From contig JAWLHY010000001.1 of NCBI GenBank assembly GCA_041690135.1, forward strand, positions 1,088,001-1,152,000: 64,000 nt of DNA, in the 5' to 3' direction. Of the stretch, positions 47,533-57,721 are shown one piece after another. The translations under genes were made by a program, and so were the position numbers. Each line of letters begins with the position of its first letter. Position 1 is the stretch's first letter. Below the pieces are notes generated by a model, which saw only the letters and a list, made by a program, of their open reading frames with translations, was not told the DNA's origin and made no database searches. This DNA comes from Armatimonadota bacterium (GTDB taxonomy: Bacteria; Armatimonadota; SYMT01).

Positions 47533-48240
47533 ATGAAATTACTGGCCATTAGCGATCTGCACGGAGACCTGGAATCCGCGTGGGAGGCGGTGCGCGCGGC
47601 GGACCCGGACGTGCTGCTCTGCTGCGGGGACTGGGGCGATCCGGAAGAGATCGACCCGGCGGACCTCGAAAAGTTCACGGAAGAACTGCCGGTCTACACC
47701 GTCTACGGGAACCACGACGACCTCCAGGCGCTGGGCGAGTGGCGGAACCGCGACGGCTCGCCGGTGCTGCTGCCCAACGGGGAGGCGGTGGCGGTCGGCC
47801 CGGTGGTCCTGGCGGGAATCAGCGGCATCTGGGCCAAGAGCCACCGCAAGCCGTTCTACATCACCGAGGAGGAAGTGGAGCAGGCGGCGCTGGAGGTGGC
47901 CGGCGCGGGGCGGCCGGTCGACATCCTGCTCACCCACGGGTGCCCGTCCGGCGTGGCCGATCTCACCTGGCAGAACCGCCACGGCGGTCAACGCTGCTTC
48001 CTTCACGCCTTCCAGACCCTCCGCCCGCGGGTCTATCTGACGGGACATCTCCACCGCGCCCAGGAGCACCGGACGCGCGACGGGGAGATCATCCGCAACG
48101 TGGGCCAGACCCCCCGGGGCGACGCTACGCTGATCACGGTGGAGGAAACGGGGATCTTCGTGGAGGGGTTCCGGTGGAATGAACCACGAAGGCACGAAGG
48201 ACACGAAGCTGGAATACGGGAAAGCAGCACAGGCTCGTGA
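47533..48240 (+). CDS. calcineurin-like metallophosphoesterase
   Basis: SDLHG, GD, GNHD, LLTH and GHLH motifs. Confidence 0.93.
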   Translation: MKLLAISDLHGDLESAWEAVRAADPDVLLCCGDWGDPEEIDPADLEKFTEELPVYTVYGNHDDLQALGEWRNRDGSPVLLPNGEAVAVGPVVLAGISGIWAKSHRKPFYITEEEVEQAALEVAGAGRPVDILLTHGCPSGVADLTWQNRHGGQRCFLHAFQTLRPRVYLTGHLHRAQEHRTRDGEIIRNVGQTPRGDATLITVEETGIFVEGFRWNEPRRHEGHEAGIRESSTGS

Positions 48241-48262
48241 ATACGGACGAGCCTGTGCTGCT
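48223..48262. terminator. 16-bp perfect inverted repeat between convergent genes (probable bidirectional terminator)
   Basis: AGCAGCACAGGCTCGT-gaatacgg-ACGAGCCTGTGCTGCT. Confidence 0.7.
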
Positions 48263-48292
48263 GAATGCTGTTGACTGACTTCTGCCGACTGC

Positions 48293-48949
48293 CTACTGTT
48301 CAGTCTTCCGGCGGCGCTTGAGAATACCTATCGCAGCGAGAGCCGGCAGGAAGAGCAACGCGGAGCTGGGCTCGGGGACAGCGGATGGCGCTCTGTCCGC
48401 AGTAAACGAGATGTCGTCCAGTGCAAAATCATTACCGACAAATCCGAGCGATGAGTTGCGAAGCTCCAGCACGGCGGAGGTTGCGGCTCCCGAATTCCAC
48501 TGGCTTTGACCACTGGTCCATTCCCCGAGGTTGGTGGCTGTGAAATCTCCGATCTTGACAGAGTTTACATAGAAATCGATGGTGGAAGCGCCTCCGTGAG
48601 CCACCGCACCCCAACTCCGGAAGTTGTAAATGGTACCTGGGGTCAATCCCGTTACCGTTTGCCGCCAGATCGTTTGCGGCGTAGTTGCACCGTTTACAAT
48701 CATCATCAATCCAGATCCGGTGGTGTGGTCGCCAAAGCCGGCGAACGCACCGTGCCAAAGGCTCGGATTGGTTGTTATCCAGTAAGTAGCCGGGTCGGCG
48801 CTAGCTGTAGTATAGGTGTAATCGGACGTGAAACCGGTATTGCCCGATTCGAAGTTGCCGTTAACCACCGTTTGCGCCTCCGCGGGCCGTCCCCCACACG
48901 CTAGCCCCAGTGCCAGAGCCAGCACGCCCACCCACTCCCATCTTCGCAT
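48293..48949 (-). CDS. PEP-CTERM surface protein
   Basis: Signal peptide, VNGNFESGN beta-sandwich domain, then VPEPSS, a TM helix and KRRRK. Confidence 0.92.
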   Translation of the reverse strand: MRRWEWVGVLALALGLACGGRPAEAQTVVNGNFESGNTGFTSDYTYTTASADPATYWITTNPSLWHGAFAGFGDHTTGSGLMMIVNGATTPQTIWRQTVTGLTPGTIYNFRSWGAVAHGGASTIDFYVNSVKIGDFTATNLGEWTSGQSQWNSGAATSAVLELRNSSLGFVGNDFALDDISFTADRAPSAVPEPSSALLFLPALAAIGILKRRRKTEQ

Positions 48950-49130
48950 TCGTTGACCCTCCAAGAACAAGCAGTCTTCCGACCAGAAGATTGTATCCCG
49001 ATCAGGGTATTTCCTTCCGGCGATCGCAACCATCTTTTCACCCACGCCGGATCAGGGAACTGCTAACCGGTTTGGCGACAGGCGAGAGGTTGGTATCCCC
49101 CAACGGGCGATATGCTTGAGGTGGGCATTA

Positions 49131-49300
49131 GGAGCGCGGACGTCCCGTCCGCCGGTGTTCGGGTGTTCAGGCCCCCCTGTGGGGGGTAAATGTTCGGGCC
49201 CCCCTGTGGGGCGTAAATGTTCGGGTGTTCGGGTGTTCGGGCACTTGGGGTACGGGTGTTCGGCAACTTTCCAACCTTCAACCTTCCAACCTTCCAACCC
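49131..49300 (+). repeat. second copy of the composite intergenic repeat, plus TTC(C)AACC 7/8-mer run
   Basis: GGAGCGCGGACGTCCCGTCCGC, two CCCTGTGGGG(G/C)GTAAATGTTCGGG units, GTGTTCGG 8-mers, and ttccaacc/ttcaacc repeats. Confidence 0.85.
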
Positions 49301-49338
49301 AGATCCCGCTACCGGGAAACGGAACCAGTAACTGAATT

Positions 49339-50193
49339 ATGAAGGGTATTATTCTTACCGCGGGTTACGGTACCCGCTTCCTCCCCATCACGAAGACGGT
49401 TCCGAAGGAGATGCTGCCACTGGGCTCGCGCCCGGCCCTGGACTACGTGGTCCAGGAGTTCATCGACTCCGGCATCCGCGACATCCTGATCATCAACTCG
49501 CGTCGGAAGAAGATCCTGGAGGATTACTACGACCGCGAACCGGAGCTGGAAGCCGTGTTCACGGCGGAAGGCAAGGCGGCCAACCTGCGCAAGATCCAGC
49601 CGCCGGACGCGCAGCTTTACTTCGTCCGGCAGCAGAAGATGGAAGGGACCGGGGCCGCGGTGCTGCTGGCGAAGGAGTTCGCCGGGCAGGATGCGTGCGT
49701 GCTGGCCTTTCCGGACGACCTCCACTTCGGCGAAGTCCCGCTGGCGCGGCAGTTGGTCGAGACCCATGAAGCCTCGGGGCACTCGGTCCTGGCGCTGGAA
49801 GCCCGGCCGGAGAGCGAGGACATCTCCCGGTACGGCGTGGCGGCCGTGGAAGCCGGTGCTTCTCCTCTGAAGGTGACGGGGTTGATCGAAAAGCCGCCGA
49901 CCGGCCAGGAACCTTCCCGCTACATCTCTATCGGCCGGTATCTCATTACCCCGGAGGTCTTCCAGGTGCTGGAAGACGAGCGGCGCTCGCACAGCGGTGG
50001 AGAATTCTACCTTACGGCGGCATTCCACCGCCTGGGGCAGCAGGGGAAGCTGAGCGGCTGTGCCTACACGGGCGAGCGCCTCGATACGGGCGAGCCCCTG
50101 GGCTACTACGAGGCGCTGGTCCGGTTCATGCTCAAGGACCCGGACCAGGGGCCTCAGTTCAGGGAACTGCTGCAGGGGCTGCTGGCGGAGTAG
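49339..50193 (+). CDS. galU: UTP--glucose-1-phosphate uridylyltransferase
   Basis: AGYGTRFLPITKTVPKEMLP, VRQ, LIEKP and GEFYLT motifs. Confidence 0.9.
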   Translation: MKGIILTAGYGTRFLPITKTVPKEMLPLGSRPALDYVVQEFIDSGIRDILIINSRRKKILEDYYDREPELEAVFTAEGKAANLRKIQPPDAQLYFVRQQKMEGTGAAVLLAKEFAGQDACVLAFPDDLHFGEVPLARQLVETHEASGHSVLALEARPESEDISRYGVAAVEAGASPLKVTGLIEKPPTGQEPSRYISIGRYLITPEVFQVLEDERRSHSGGEFYLTAAFHRLGQQGKLSGCAYTGERLDTGEPLGYYEALVRFMLKDPDQGPQFRELLQGLLAE

Positions 50194-51460
50194 TCTGCCG
50201 GGGTTCCGGTAGTCGCGCCAAAAGTACTGCCAAGCAGAGGACCGCGCCCGCGGCGGCGGCGAGGAACAGGGGGGTGTAGCCCATCCAGTTCAGCGCCGCC
50301 CCGCCGGCCAGGGGCAGCAGCACGCGGAACGGTCCCGACAGGGCGTTGAACACCGCGGTGTAGGTCCCGCTCCGCTCCGGAGGGCAGAGCTCCAAAACGT
50401 AGTTCATGGAGCAGACGCTCCACCCCTGGACCGCCAGCTCGTTGAACGCGAAGACGAGGTAGAGCCAGTCCAGGCCCGGCGCTACGGCTGCTGCTCCGGC
50501 CGCGATCAGGCCTCCCACGGTCGCAACCTGCATCGCCAGCCGGTTGCCCCAGCGGTCGCCCATCCAGCCGACGAGCAAAAAAGCCAGCATCTTGGACCCG
50601 GAGACGACGGCCGTGAACCAGGCCACGTCTGTGGGCGTGGCCCGGAACCGGTCCAGCGCGAAGGCCGTGTAGAAAGCGCCGGCCATCTGGTTCAGGCTGA
50701 TCAGGGCGATCGCTACTCCGAGCCAGAACAGGCGACGATCTTCCCAGATCAGGCGGAGAGAATGCCACCCCGGCCGGGGATCCGGCGCATCCGTGGCCCG
50801 CTGGACCGGCTCCCGCATCAGGCCCAGGGGGATCACCGTCACCGTCTGGATCAGGCTGGCCGCCAGGAAGCAGGCCGCGAAACCGCGCGGGAACCCCCAG
50901 CTTCCCAGAAGCCACCCCGCCAGCGCGGCGCCCGCGATACCTATCAGCCCGGAAGCGGCGCCGCCGATTCCATAGAGACGCCCCCGGAGGGATGAGGGGA
51001 TGGTTTTGGCGATCAGCTTGAAGTAGCCGGGCATGTTGGCGCCCATCGCCGCGTTCATCACGAACCAGCAGAGGAAGAATGCCCAGAGCAGCCCGGTACG
51101 ACTCTGCGAGCCCAGCCAGAGGGTGAGTGGGGCCAGGGCAAAAAGGGCGACCCGCTCCAACGCCGCGATCCACATCACGGAGTGCTTCACGCGGGGAAGA
51201 CGCTCCAGCCAGCCCGAAACCAGGATGCCGGGCACGAGCCAACCAAAGAGCATGGTCGCCTGGATCAGCCCGATGGCGAATTTCTGGTCGGTCAACTGCT
51301 GGACGAAGAGGGGTAGGATGGTCGTGGCGGAGACCATCGCCATGCCGACGCCCCAGCCCCCGGCATCGATGACACCGGCGCAGAAATTCCAGCGGAGGTC
51401 ACGGGTTATCTGGTCGCCCGTCCCTGGCTCCGCGCCCTGCGACGCCCGGTTCTCGATCAT
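50159..51460 (-). CDS. MFS transporter
   Basis: About 12 TM segments and the GWMGDRWGNR motif. Confidence 0.9.
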   Translation of the reverse strand: MIENRASQGAEPGTGDQITRDLRWNFCAGVIDAGGWGVGMAMVSATTILPLFVQQLTDQKFAIGLIQATMLFGWLVPGILVSGWLERLPRVKHSVMWIAALERVALFALAPLTLWLGSQSRTGLLWAFFLCWFVMNAAMGANMPGYFKLIAKTIPSSLRGRLYGIGGAASGLIGIAGAALAGWLLGSWGFPRGFAACFLAASLIQTVTVIPLGLMREPVQRATDAPDPRPGWHSLRLIWEDRRLFWLGVAIALISLNQMAGAFYTAFALDRFRATPTDVAWFTAVVSGSKMLAFLLVGWMGDRWGNRLAMQVATVGGLIAAGAAAVAPGLDWLYLVFAFNELAVQGWSVCSMNYVLELCPPERSGTYTAVFNALSGPFRVLLPLAGGAALNWMGYTPLFLAAAAGAVLCLAVLLARLPEPRQTTPPAAPAAVP

Positions 51461-52380
51461 GCGGCCGGGGGGGGCGGCTCCGCGACCGCGCCCTCGGTGT
51501 CCACCTCCAGGGCCATCCAGCGGGCATCGGCGCCGGCCGCCCGGACCGCGGCGACCATCGCCTCGCCCACCGCTTCCTCATTCCCGAGCGTCAGCGCGAG
51601 CATCGTGGAACCGCTGCCGCTGAGACAGGCCCCGGAGGCGCCGGCATCGAGCGCGGCCTGAACTACCGCGTGGAAGCCGGGAATGAGTTCCGCGCGGTAC
51701 GGCTGGTGGATGCGGTCTTGCATGGCCGCCCTCAAGACCGCCGTCTGGCCGGTCAGGAGCGCGGAGACGAGCAGGGCTACCCGGCTGAGGTTGAACACGG
51801 CGTCGGCCCGGCTGTACTGCTGCGGCAGCACCCGGCGCGCGTCGGCGGTGCTGACGGAAACGTTGGGGACGCACACCACCGCCCGCAGTCCGGCCGGTGT
51901 GGGGATCTCCAGGTGCAGGAGACCTTCTTCCGTGTGGGAGGTGACCTGGAAGCCACCCAGTAGCGCCGGGGTGACGTTGTCGGGATGGCCCTCCATCTCT
52001 ACCGCCAGGGCCAGGAGTTGCTCCCGGTCGAGCGGCTCTCCCAGGAGAGCGTTGGCGCCGACCAGCCCGCCGACGATGGCCGTCGAGCTGCTTCCCAGGC
52101 CGCGGCTCACGGGGATGGCATTCACCAGGCGCATGCGTAGGGGCAATGGCTCTCGACCTACTTCCCGGCAGAGACGGGCGACGGCCGTGTAGACGAGGTT
52201 GTCTTCCCCACCAGTAAGCACGCCCTCCCCCTCCCCGGCCACTTCCACCGTGACCGGTCCTTCCGCGATCTGAAAGGTCATGCGGTTGTGGAGTTTCAGG
52301 GCGAGCCCCAACGCATCGAAGCCGGGGCCGAGGTTGGTGGTGCTGGCGGGAACGCGGACAGTAACCTGGTTCAAAGACAT
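51457..52380 (-). CDS. thrB: homoserine kinase
   Basis: VPASTTNLGPGFDALG, IPVSRGLGSSS, EGHPDNV and LSGSGST motifs. Confidence 0.97.
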   Translation of the reverse strand: MSLNQVTVRVPASTTNLGPGFDALGLALKLHNRMTFQIAEGPVTVEVAGEGEGVLTGGEDNLVYTAVARLCREVGREPLPLRMRLVNAIPVSRGLGSSSTAIVGGLVGANALLGEPLDREQLLALAVEMEGHPDNVTPALLGGFQVTSHTEEGLLHLEIPTPAGLRAVVCVPNVSVSTADARRVLPQQYSRADAVFNLSRVALLVSALLTGQTAVLRAAMQDRIHQPYRAELIPGFHAVVQAALDAGASGACLSGSGSTMLALTLGNEEAVGEAMVAAVRAAGADARWMALEVDTEGAVAEPPPPAA

Positions 52381-52625
52381 GGATTTACGGAATGCGGAGC
52401 CGGGAGACCCACCGGAGTGCGAGCCCAGTACTGTATCTCCCCTTCGCGGCGGGGGGCAACTGTCCCACCCTTGCCCTTCCAACGGTTCTCACCGTTTCCA
52501 ACTTTCGACGGAAAACGGCACCAATCAGCGGACGGAACCCTAACCCCGAAAGTCGGAGCAGCCATTATTCCGGTTCGAAAGTAGCTATTCTCTCATCCCT
52601 CTATTTGACGGAGACTGGTAATCCG

Positions 52626-52976
52626 ATGCAGTCCACTGGTTCCCCGATAACGCTGGTCCGCCCCACGCACGACCTGACGGTGGAAACGATGCGCCGCACG
52701 AAGGCAGAACTGGCCGCATTGCTCGAGGAGCCGGGCCACATCCTGCTCGACCTGCGGGCGGTGAGCCTGGACAGCACCGGGCTCGGCGCCGTGCTCTCTC
52801 TACAGCGGCAACTGGAGCTGCTGGAGCGGCGCCTGGCCGTCATCGGCACGGACCCGGCATTCATGACGCTGCTGGACCGGACCGGGGCGTTCGATGCCCT
52901 GACGTTGTTCTCGGAACCCGAACCTGCCGCGGAATACCTGCGCAGCCAGCCGCATCCGGAGATCATGGCGGCCTGA
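52626..52976 (+). CDS. STAS domain anti-sigma factor antagonist
   Basis: ILLDLRAVSLDSTGLGAVL motif. Confidence 0.85.
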   Translation: MQSTGSPITLVRPTHDLTVETMRRTKAELAALLEEPGHILLDLRAVSLDSTGLGAVLSLQRQLELLERRLAVIGTDPAFMTLLDRTGAFDALTLFSEPEPAAEYLRSQPHPEIMAA

Positions 52977-53215
52977 TATTCCGGACAGGACACGCCTACG
53001 ACGTGCCTGTTGAAAGGGTCCTGAGCCCGGGATCATCCACGTCCCCCATTCGGGCCAGAATGCGGGACGTGGAGGTCCGCGATGGCGTGTCCCACTTTGG
53101 GCCGGGGATCCGCGATGAGTTAGGCGCCTTCGCGGAGGAGACGGTCCATATTCGGCGGGCGCGCGTCTGGGTTGTTCGCCGCACCCACCGCCCAGGGAGC
53201 CTGGTTGTCCGTACT

Positions 53216-53362
53216 GAGGATAAGGGGTCCCGCTCCAAGATGAGTTCCCTGGCCAGGGCGAGTGGATTAGGACGAGGATAAGGGATAAAGAGTCCCGCGT
53301 AAGGACGAGTTCCTCGGCCAGGGGCTACCGATCCGTGTAAGGACGAGTTCCCTGAGCAGGGG
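53216..53362 (+). repeat. three degenerate direct repeats in a long intergenic gap
   Basis: Variants GAGTTCCCTGGCCAGGG, GAGTTCCTCGGCCAGGG and GAGTTCCCTGAGCAGGG near 53242, 53307 and 53345, and GAGGATAAGGG twice. Confidence 0.6.
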
Positions 53363-53565
53363 GATGGCCACGTCGCTTATGGCATCAGACCCGGATGGCA
53401 TTGTGCTTCTACGAAGGGCTTATCTGGGCTGAGAAGTTGCCCCGAGTCTATCGCTCCTCGCCAAGATTACCCTGGTCATTTCCTATAAGTCCGGCGCCCA
53501 ACGCCCATTTCATCGGTTAGAATGGCGCAAGGGATACCGGGGAGGGAACGAGGAACAGGCAAGTC

Positions 53566-54153
53566 ATGCGCGAGAAGAAGCGGCGGTTGATCGTGGGAAT
53601 ATCGGGGGCCACGGGGTTCGTCTATGGGGTGCGCCTGTTGGAACTCTTGCGGGAGACGGACGTTGAGACGCATCTGGTGGTGACGAAGGCCGCCGAGATG
53701 ACGCGAGCCCACGAGACGGACCTCACCTCCGAGCAGGTGCGGGCTCTGGCGGACGTGGTCTATCCCATTAGCGATGTGGGCGCGGCGATTGCCAGCGGCT
53801 CTTTCCGTACCCTGGGCATGGTGGTGGCGCCCTGTTCGATCCGGACGCTTTCGGAAATCGCCACCGGAGTTACCAGCAATCTCCTGACTCGCGCCGCCGA
53901 CGTCTGCCTCAAGGACCGCCGGCGCCTGGTGTTGATGGTTCGGGAGACCCCCCTCCACGCCGGGCATCTAAAGAGCATGCTGGCCGTGACGGAGGCGGGC
54001 GGCGTCATCGCTCCCCCGGTCCCGGCCTTCTACTCGAACCCGAAGACCCTGGACGAAATGGTGACTCACACCGTGGGGCGGGTGCTCGACCTTTTCGAAG
54101 TGGATGTTCCCGAGTTGCGTCGGTGGGGCGAAGGTCGATCCGGGAAAGATTAA
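53566..54153 (+). CDS. ubiX: flavin prenyltransferase
   Basis: [31 protein letters not shown] and PAFY motifs. Confidence 0.96.
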   Translation: MREKKRRLIVGISGATGFVYGVRLLELLRETDVETHLVVTKAAEMTRAHETDLTSEQVRALADVVYPISDVGAAIASGSFRTLGMVVAPCSIRTLSEIATGVTSNLLTRAADVCLKDRRRLVLMVRETPLHAGHLKSMLAVTEAGGVIAPPVPAFYSNPKTLDEMVTHTVGRVLDLFEVDVPELRRWGEGRSGKD

Positions 54154-54273
54154 ACTGGGAAGAAAGGAAAGAGCACCTGGCCATCCAGGGGGTGCAGGGG
54201 TCCCGCGATCCGCCTGGATAAACACCCACCCACACGCTTGCATAGTAGTGTGGAACTTGCGAGGCTGATATCC

Positions 54274-55320
54274 ATGATCGAGCGTCGTTTCGTTACCCGT
54301 GAACCTGAAAACAGCGAGACCCCGCTCCGGGAGGTTCGCTCCTGGATTGTTCCCACGGGCCAGTTTTTTGTACGGAACCACTTCAACGAGCCGGTCCTCG
54401 ACCTTTCGGACTGGAAACTGAAGGTGCACGGGCGCGTGCGGGATCCGAGGACCTGGACCTGGGATGACCTGAGCGTTCTGCCGACGCGGACCATATTTGC
54501 CACGATGGAGTGTGCCGGGAACGGCCGTTCGTTTCTACAGCCGGCGAAGCCGGGGGTGCAATGGGGTGCGGGTGCGGTAGGACACGCAGAGTGGACAGGG
54601 GTGCCGCTGCGGGAGGTTCTCGATCGCTGCGGTCTTCGAGACGGTGCGGTTGAGGTGTTATGCGAGGGGGATGACAGCGGGACCGAGCCTGATCATCCGG
54701 AGCCAATGCGGTTTGCGCGAGGCTTGCCCCTCGCCAAGGCTCTCCATCCGGATACGCTGCTCGCCTACCAGATGAACGGAGAGCCTCTCACCCGCAGCCA
54801 CGGCGCTCCGGTACGCCTGATCGTTCCGGGATGGTACGGCGTGTGCTCGGTGAAGTGGCTGACAAGGCTCGAGGTGCTCGATCGTCCTTTCGACGGCTAC
54901 TTCCAGACGGTGCACTACACGATCCGGGAAAAAGACGCGGCGGGAGAGCGGGTGGTTTGCCTGACCCGCACGTATGTCAAGTCGGAGATTATCCGCCCGG
55001 GTGTCGGAGACGAGTTAGCTCCCGGCGTCCACCAGGTTTCCGGCGTTGCCTGGGCGGGGGAGGAGCCGGTGACCGGAGTTGAGGTGAGCACGGACGCGGG
55101 CCGCACCTGGACTTCGGCTCGCCTGGTCGGCCCACAGGCGCCTTATTCCTGGACGCACTGGGAGTTCCTCTGGCAGGTCGACTGCCCCGGCGAATACTGC
55201 CTGATGAGCCGGGCCACTACGGCCACCGGTGATACCCAGCCCGCTGCTCACGATGATCTGCGGGGCGGCTACGCGATCAACTTCATCCGTCCTCACCCCG
55301 TGCAGGTGCGCTGCGGATAG
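54274..55320 (+). CDS. sulfite oxidase family molybdoenzyme (SUOX fold, no signal peptide)
   Basis: FFVRNH, TMECAGNGR, HGAPVRLIVPGWYG, VKWL and VEVSTDAG motifs. Confidence 0.93.
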   Translation: MIERRFVTREPENSETPLREVRSWIVPTGQFFVRNHFNEPVLDLSDWKLKVHGRVRDPRTWTWDDLSVLPTRTIFATMECAGNGRSFLQPAKPGVQWGAGAVGHAEWTGVPLREVLDRCGLRDGAVEVLCEGDDSGTEPDHPEPMRFARGLPLAKALHPDTLLAYQMNGEPLTRSHGAPVRLIVPGWYGVCSVKWLTRLEVLDRPFDGYFQTVHYTIREKDAAGERVVCLTRTYVKSEIIRPGVGDELAPGVHQVSGVAWAGEEPVTGVEVSTDAGRTWTSARLVGPQAPYSWTHWEFLWQVDCPGEYCLMSRATTATGDTQPAAHDDLRGGYAINFIRPHPVQVRCG

Positions 55321-55462
55321 GCGCTTCGAGACTCCGCACTTCCGAGCCGCCGGTGCGCTGGAGCGGCGAATCCGCTGCCAGTATAGCCCCGGATGCAGGT
55401 GGTTCCGGATCTGATCCGGGAGCGCTCCGACAGCGCCTGCTTTTGAACCTGTGCGGCATTGC

Positions 55463-55500
55463 TTAATCCCCTGTTAAGGACCGCTATACCTCCCGTTAAG
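55463..55500. promoter_or_regulatory. 11-bp-phased TTAA repeats (Pho-box/OmpR-type operator candidate)
   Basis: TTAA at 55463, 55474 and 55496, with TATA at 55485, about 90 bp upstream of ATG 55590. Confidence 0.5.
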
Positions 55501-55589
55501 CCGAAACCCAAATACTCTTCCAGGCAGGCCAGGGACCGGGGAGCCGTCCCCGGACAGGAAGCCTGCATCCAAATCCGAGGGTTTCGGAA

Positions 55590-56387
55590 ATGCCAACGAA
55601 GCAGAAACGACGCGGGTTCACCCTCATTGAGCTCCTCGTCGTGATAGCGATCATCGCCATCCTCGCCGCCATCCTCTTCCCCGTCTTTGCCCAGGCGCGG
55701 GACAAAGCGCGCTCCGCATCATGCACCTCCAACCTGCGCCAGATGGGCAACGCCCTGTTGATGTATCTGCAGGACTACGATGAGACCTTCCACAAGGGCT
55801 CACAAATGGTTTCACTCGGTGAACATGGGTTTGGTCCGGACTCGAGTATCGACGGTTGGACCAATTGGCCCTGGTTCTATGGTCCTTACGTGAAGAACGT
55901 GGGCGTGTTCGACTGTCCCACCAGTCCGGATGGGACAGACCCCGTGCTCACCGGCACGAACTGGGGGAACGACGGGAACTACGGCTACAACTACTCCGGA
56001 CTGACCCGCGACGAGGGTACTCCTCCCCGCAGCCTGGCCGAACTGGATGCCCCTGCGGACGTCTTCGTCTTCTTCGATGCCGGAGACACCCAGGTCCGCG
56101 CCGGCAATAACGACTGGCCCGGTCTTCTCGAGGAGTTGGACATGAACCTGAATTGCGACTCCAATCAGATCAGTCGCTACTCCAAGGAGGGTGCCTTTCG
56201 GCATGCGGGTCGGGTCAATGTCGCCTTTGCCGATGGTCATGTCAAGAGCCTGGACTGGTCCAAGTTCCTGACCCGTCATGCGGACAACGTGGCGCCCTGG
56301 ATGATCGGCTGGAGGGACTGCGCTCCTGGCTGCCCGCCACCTGACGCCGGACCCGGCAAATGCTTCGACCCCACCAAACTGCCCTGA
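55590..56387 (+). CDS. DUF1559 prepilin-type N-terminal cleavage/methylation protein with H-X9-DG motif
   Basis: [29 protein letters not shown]...CTSNLRQ...MYLQDYDE and [16 protein letters not shown]. Confidence 0.95.
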   Translation: MPTKQKRRGFTLIELLVVIAIIAILAAILFPVFAQARDKARSASCTSNLRQMGNALLMYLQDYDETFHKGSQMVSLGEHGFGPDSSIDGWTNWPWFYGPYVKNVGVFDCPTSPDGTDPVLTGTNWGNDGNYGYNYSGLTRDEGTPPRSLAELDAPADVFVFFDAGDTQVRAGNNDWPGLLEELDMNLNCDSNQISRYSKEGAFRHAGRVNVAFADGHVKSLDWSKFLTRHADNVAPWMIGWRDCAPGCPPPDAGPGKCFDPTKLP

Positions 56388-56400
56388 GGAGATCCCATCC

Positions 56401-57024
56401 ATGAGAACACTGCGAAAGGGTTTCACGCTAATCGAGTTGCTCGTGGTGATAGCGATTATCGCCATCCTCGCTGCCATCCTCTTCCCAGTTTTCGCACGGG
56501 CGCGAGAAGCGGCGCGTGCCACGAGTTGCGCTTCTAACTTGAAGCAGCTGGGGACGGCGGTGGCGATGTATGTGCAGGACTACGACGGGCGGTTTCTCAA
56601 CGGGGGGCAGACCCCTACCACCTGTCCCCTTTTTAAACTGGAGGCGTACACGAAGAACCGCCAGATCTGGGTGTGCCCTTCTGACGATAACGCCACTGTA
56701 CGAGCGATGACCGATCCGCTCCGGAGCAGCTACAACTTTAACAACCAACTCGCGGGCGACGCGGACGGCGCCATCTACCGCCCAGCGGACCTGGTGGTTA
56801 CCCACGACTCGGACCCGGGCGAACTGGGCTGGACTGAAGGCAACACCTGGGATTCCGGTGCTACCACCGACTGGCCGCATGTGCGGGGCAACGGCAACGG
56901 TCGGAACAGCTATCTGCTCCCCTGGTTCCAGCGACACAACGGCGGCTTCAATGTCCTCTTCTACGATGGGCATGTGAAGAAGGCGCGGGGGCGCGACTTC
57001 CGGGACGACAACTACATCCCCTAG
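56401..57024 (+). CDS. DUF1559 prepilin-type protein (second copy)
   Basis: Same N-terminus, and [16 protein letters not shown]. Confidence 0.95.
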   Translation: MRTLRKGFTLIELLVVIAIIAILAAILFPVFARAREAARATSCASNLKQLGTAVAMYVQDYDGRFLNGGQTPTTCPLFKLEAYTKNRQIWVCPSDDNATVRAMTDPLRSSYNFNNQLAGDADGAIYRPADLVVTHDSDPGELGWTEGNTWDSGATTDWPHVRGNGNGRNSYLLPWFQRHNGGFNVLFYDGHVKKARGRDFRDDNYIP

Positions 57025-57033
57025 GAGACGGAT

Positions 57034-57300
57034 ATGCAGAAGGATCTCAGTCCCGCAGCTATTGCGGGAACGGCGGTGGCGCTGGTGGCGCTGTTGGGTG
57101 GGTTGTTCTGGCTCGGTTCCGGGCGGAAGTCGGCGGCCACGGACTATTCGGATAGCATCGCCAAGCGGGAAGGGACGGCGCAGTTCCAGCAAGCGGCCGA
57201 GAACTACGAGCAGTTCCGGCAGGAAAACAAGGAAGCGCTCCGGAACCAGCGACGGCTGAACCGGGACAAAGAGTATCAGCCCGAGTATGATGGCAATTGA
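57034..57300 (+). CDS. small single-pass membrane protein downstream of the DUF1559 genes
   Basis: AGGAG RBS, one N-terminal TM helix, polar tail. Confidence 0.7.
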   Translation: MQKDLSPAAIAGTAVALVALLGGLFWLGSGRKSAATDYSDSIAKREGTAQFQQAAENYEQFRQENKEALRNQRRLNRDKEYQPEYDGN

Positions 57301-57391
57301 GTTGTTTGCACGAGTCCTGGTCGCGTTGTAAAGCGCCTTAATGGTGCTCGTGATCGAGAGGGCATGTTAGGTTCAACCGTTTCTCTCCAAA

Positions 57392-57435
57392 GTGAAGAGC
57401 CGCTCCACTCGGGGCGGCTCTTCATCTCTGTTTTT
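57392..57435 (+). terminator. intrinsic terminator
   Basis: GTGAAGAGCCGCTCC-actc-GGGGCGGCTCTTCAT followed by a T-rich tract, between convergent genes. Confidence 0.75.
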
Positions 57436-57460
57436 GTATGCTACTTCGTTGACCGGGTTC

Positions 57461-57721
57461 TTACACCGCGGAGCGGCGGGCGCCGGTCAGGAGGCGCAGG
57501 AAGAGCACGAACAGCACCGCCCCAAGAATGGCCGGGATGATCGCGATTCCCGCGACCGACGGGCCGAAACTCAGCAGCATGCTGCCCAGCCACGCGCCGA
57601 TGAAGCCCACCAGCATCGATCCCAGCCAGCCGCCGGGCACCTTCATACCGGCGATCATTTCACCGATCGCACCCACCAGTGCCGCCACGATCAGCAGCAC
57701 GAGTAAACCAAGTAGATCCAT
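57461..57721 (-). CDS. GlsB/YeaQ/YmgE (transglycosylase-associated) membrane protein
   Basis: 86 aa with three TM helices, GGWLGSMLVGFIGAWLG and AILGAVLFV. Confidence 0.9.
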   Translation of the reverse strand: MDLLGLLVLLIVAALVGAIGEMIAGMKVPGGWLGSMLVGFIGAWLGSMLLSFGPSVAGIAIIPAILGAVLFVLFLRLLTGARRSAV

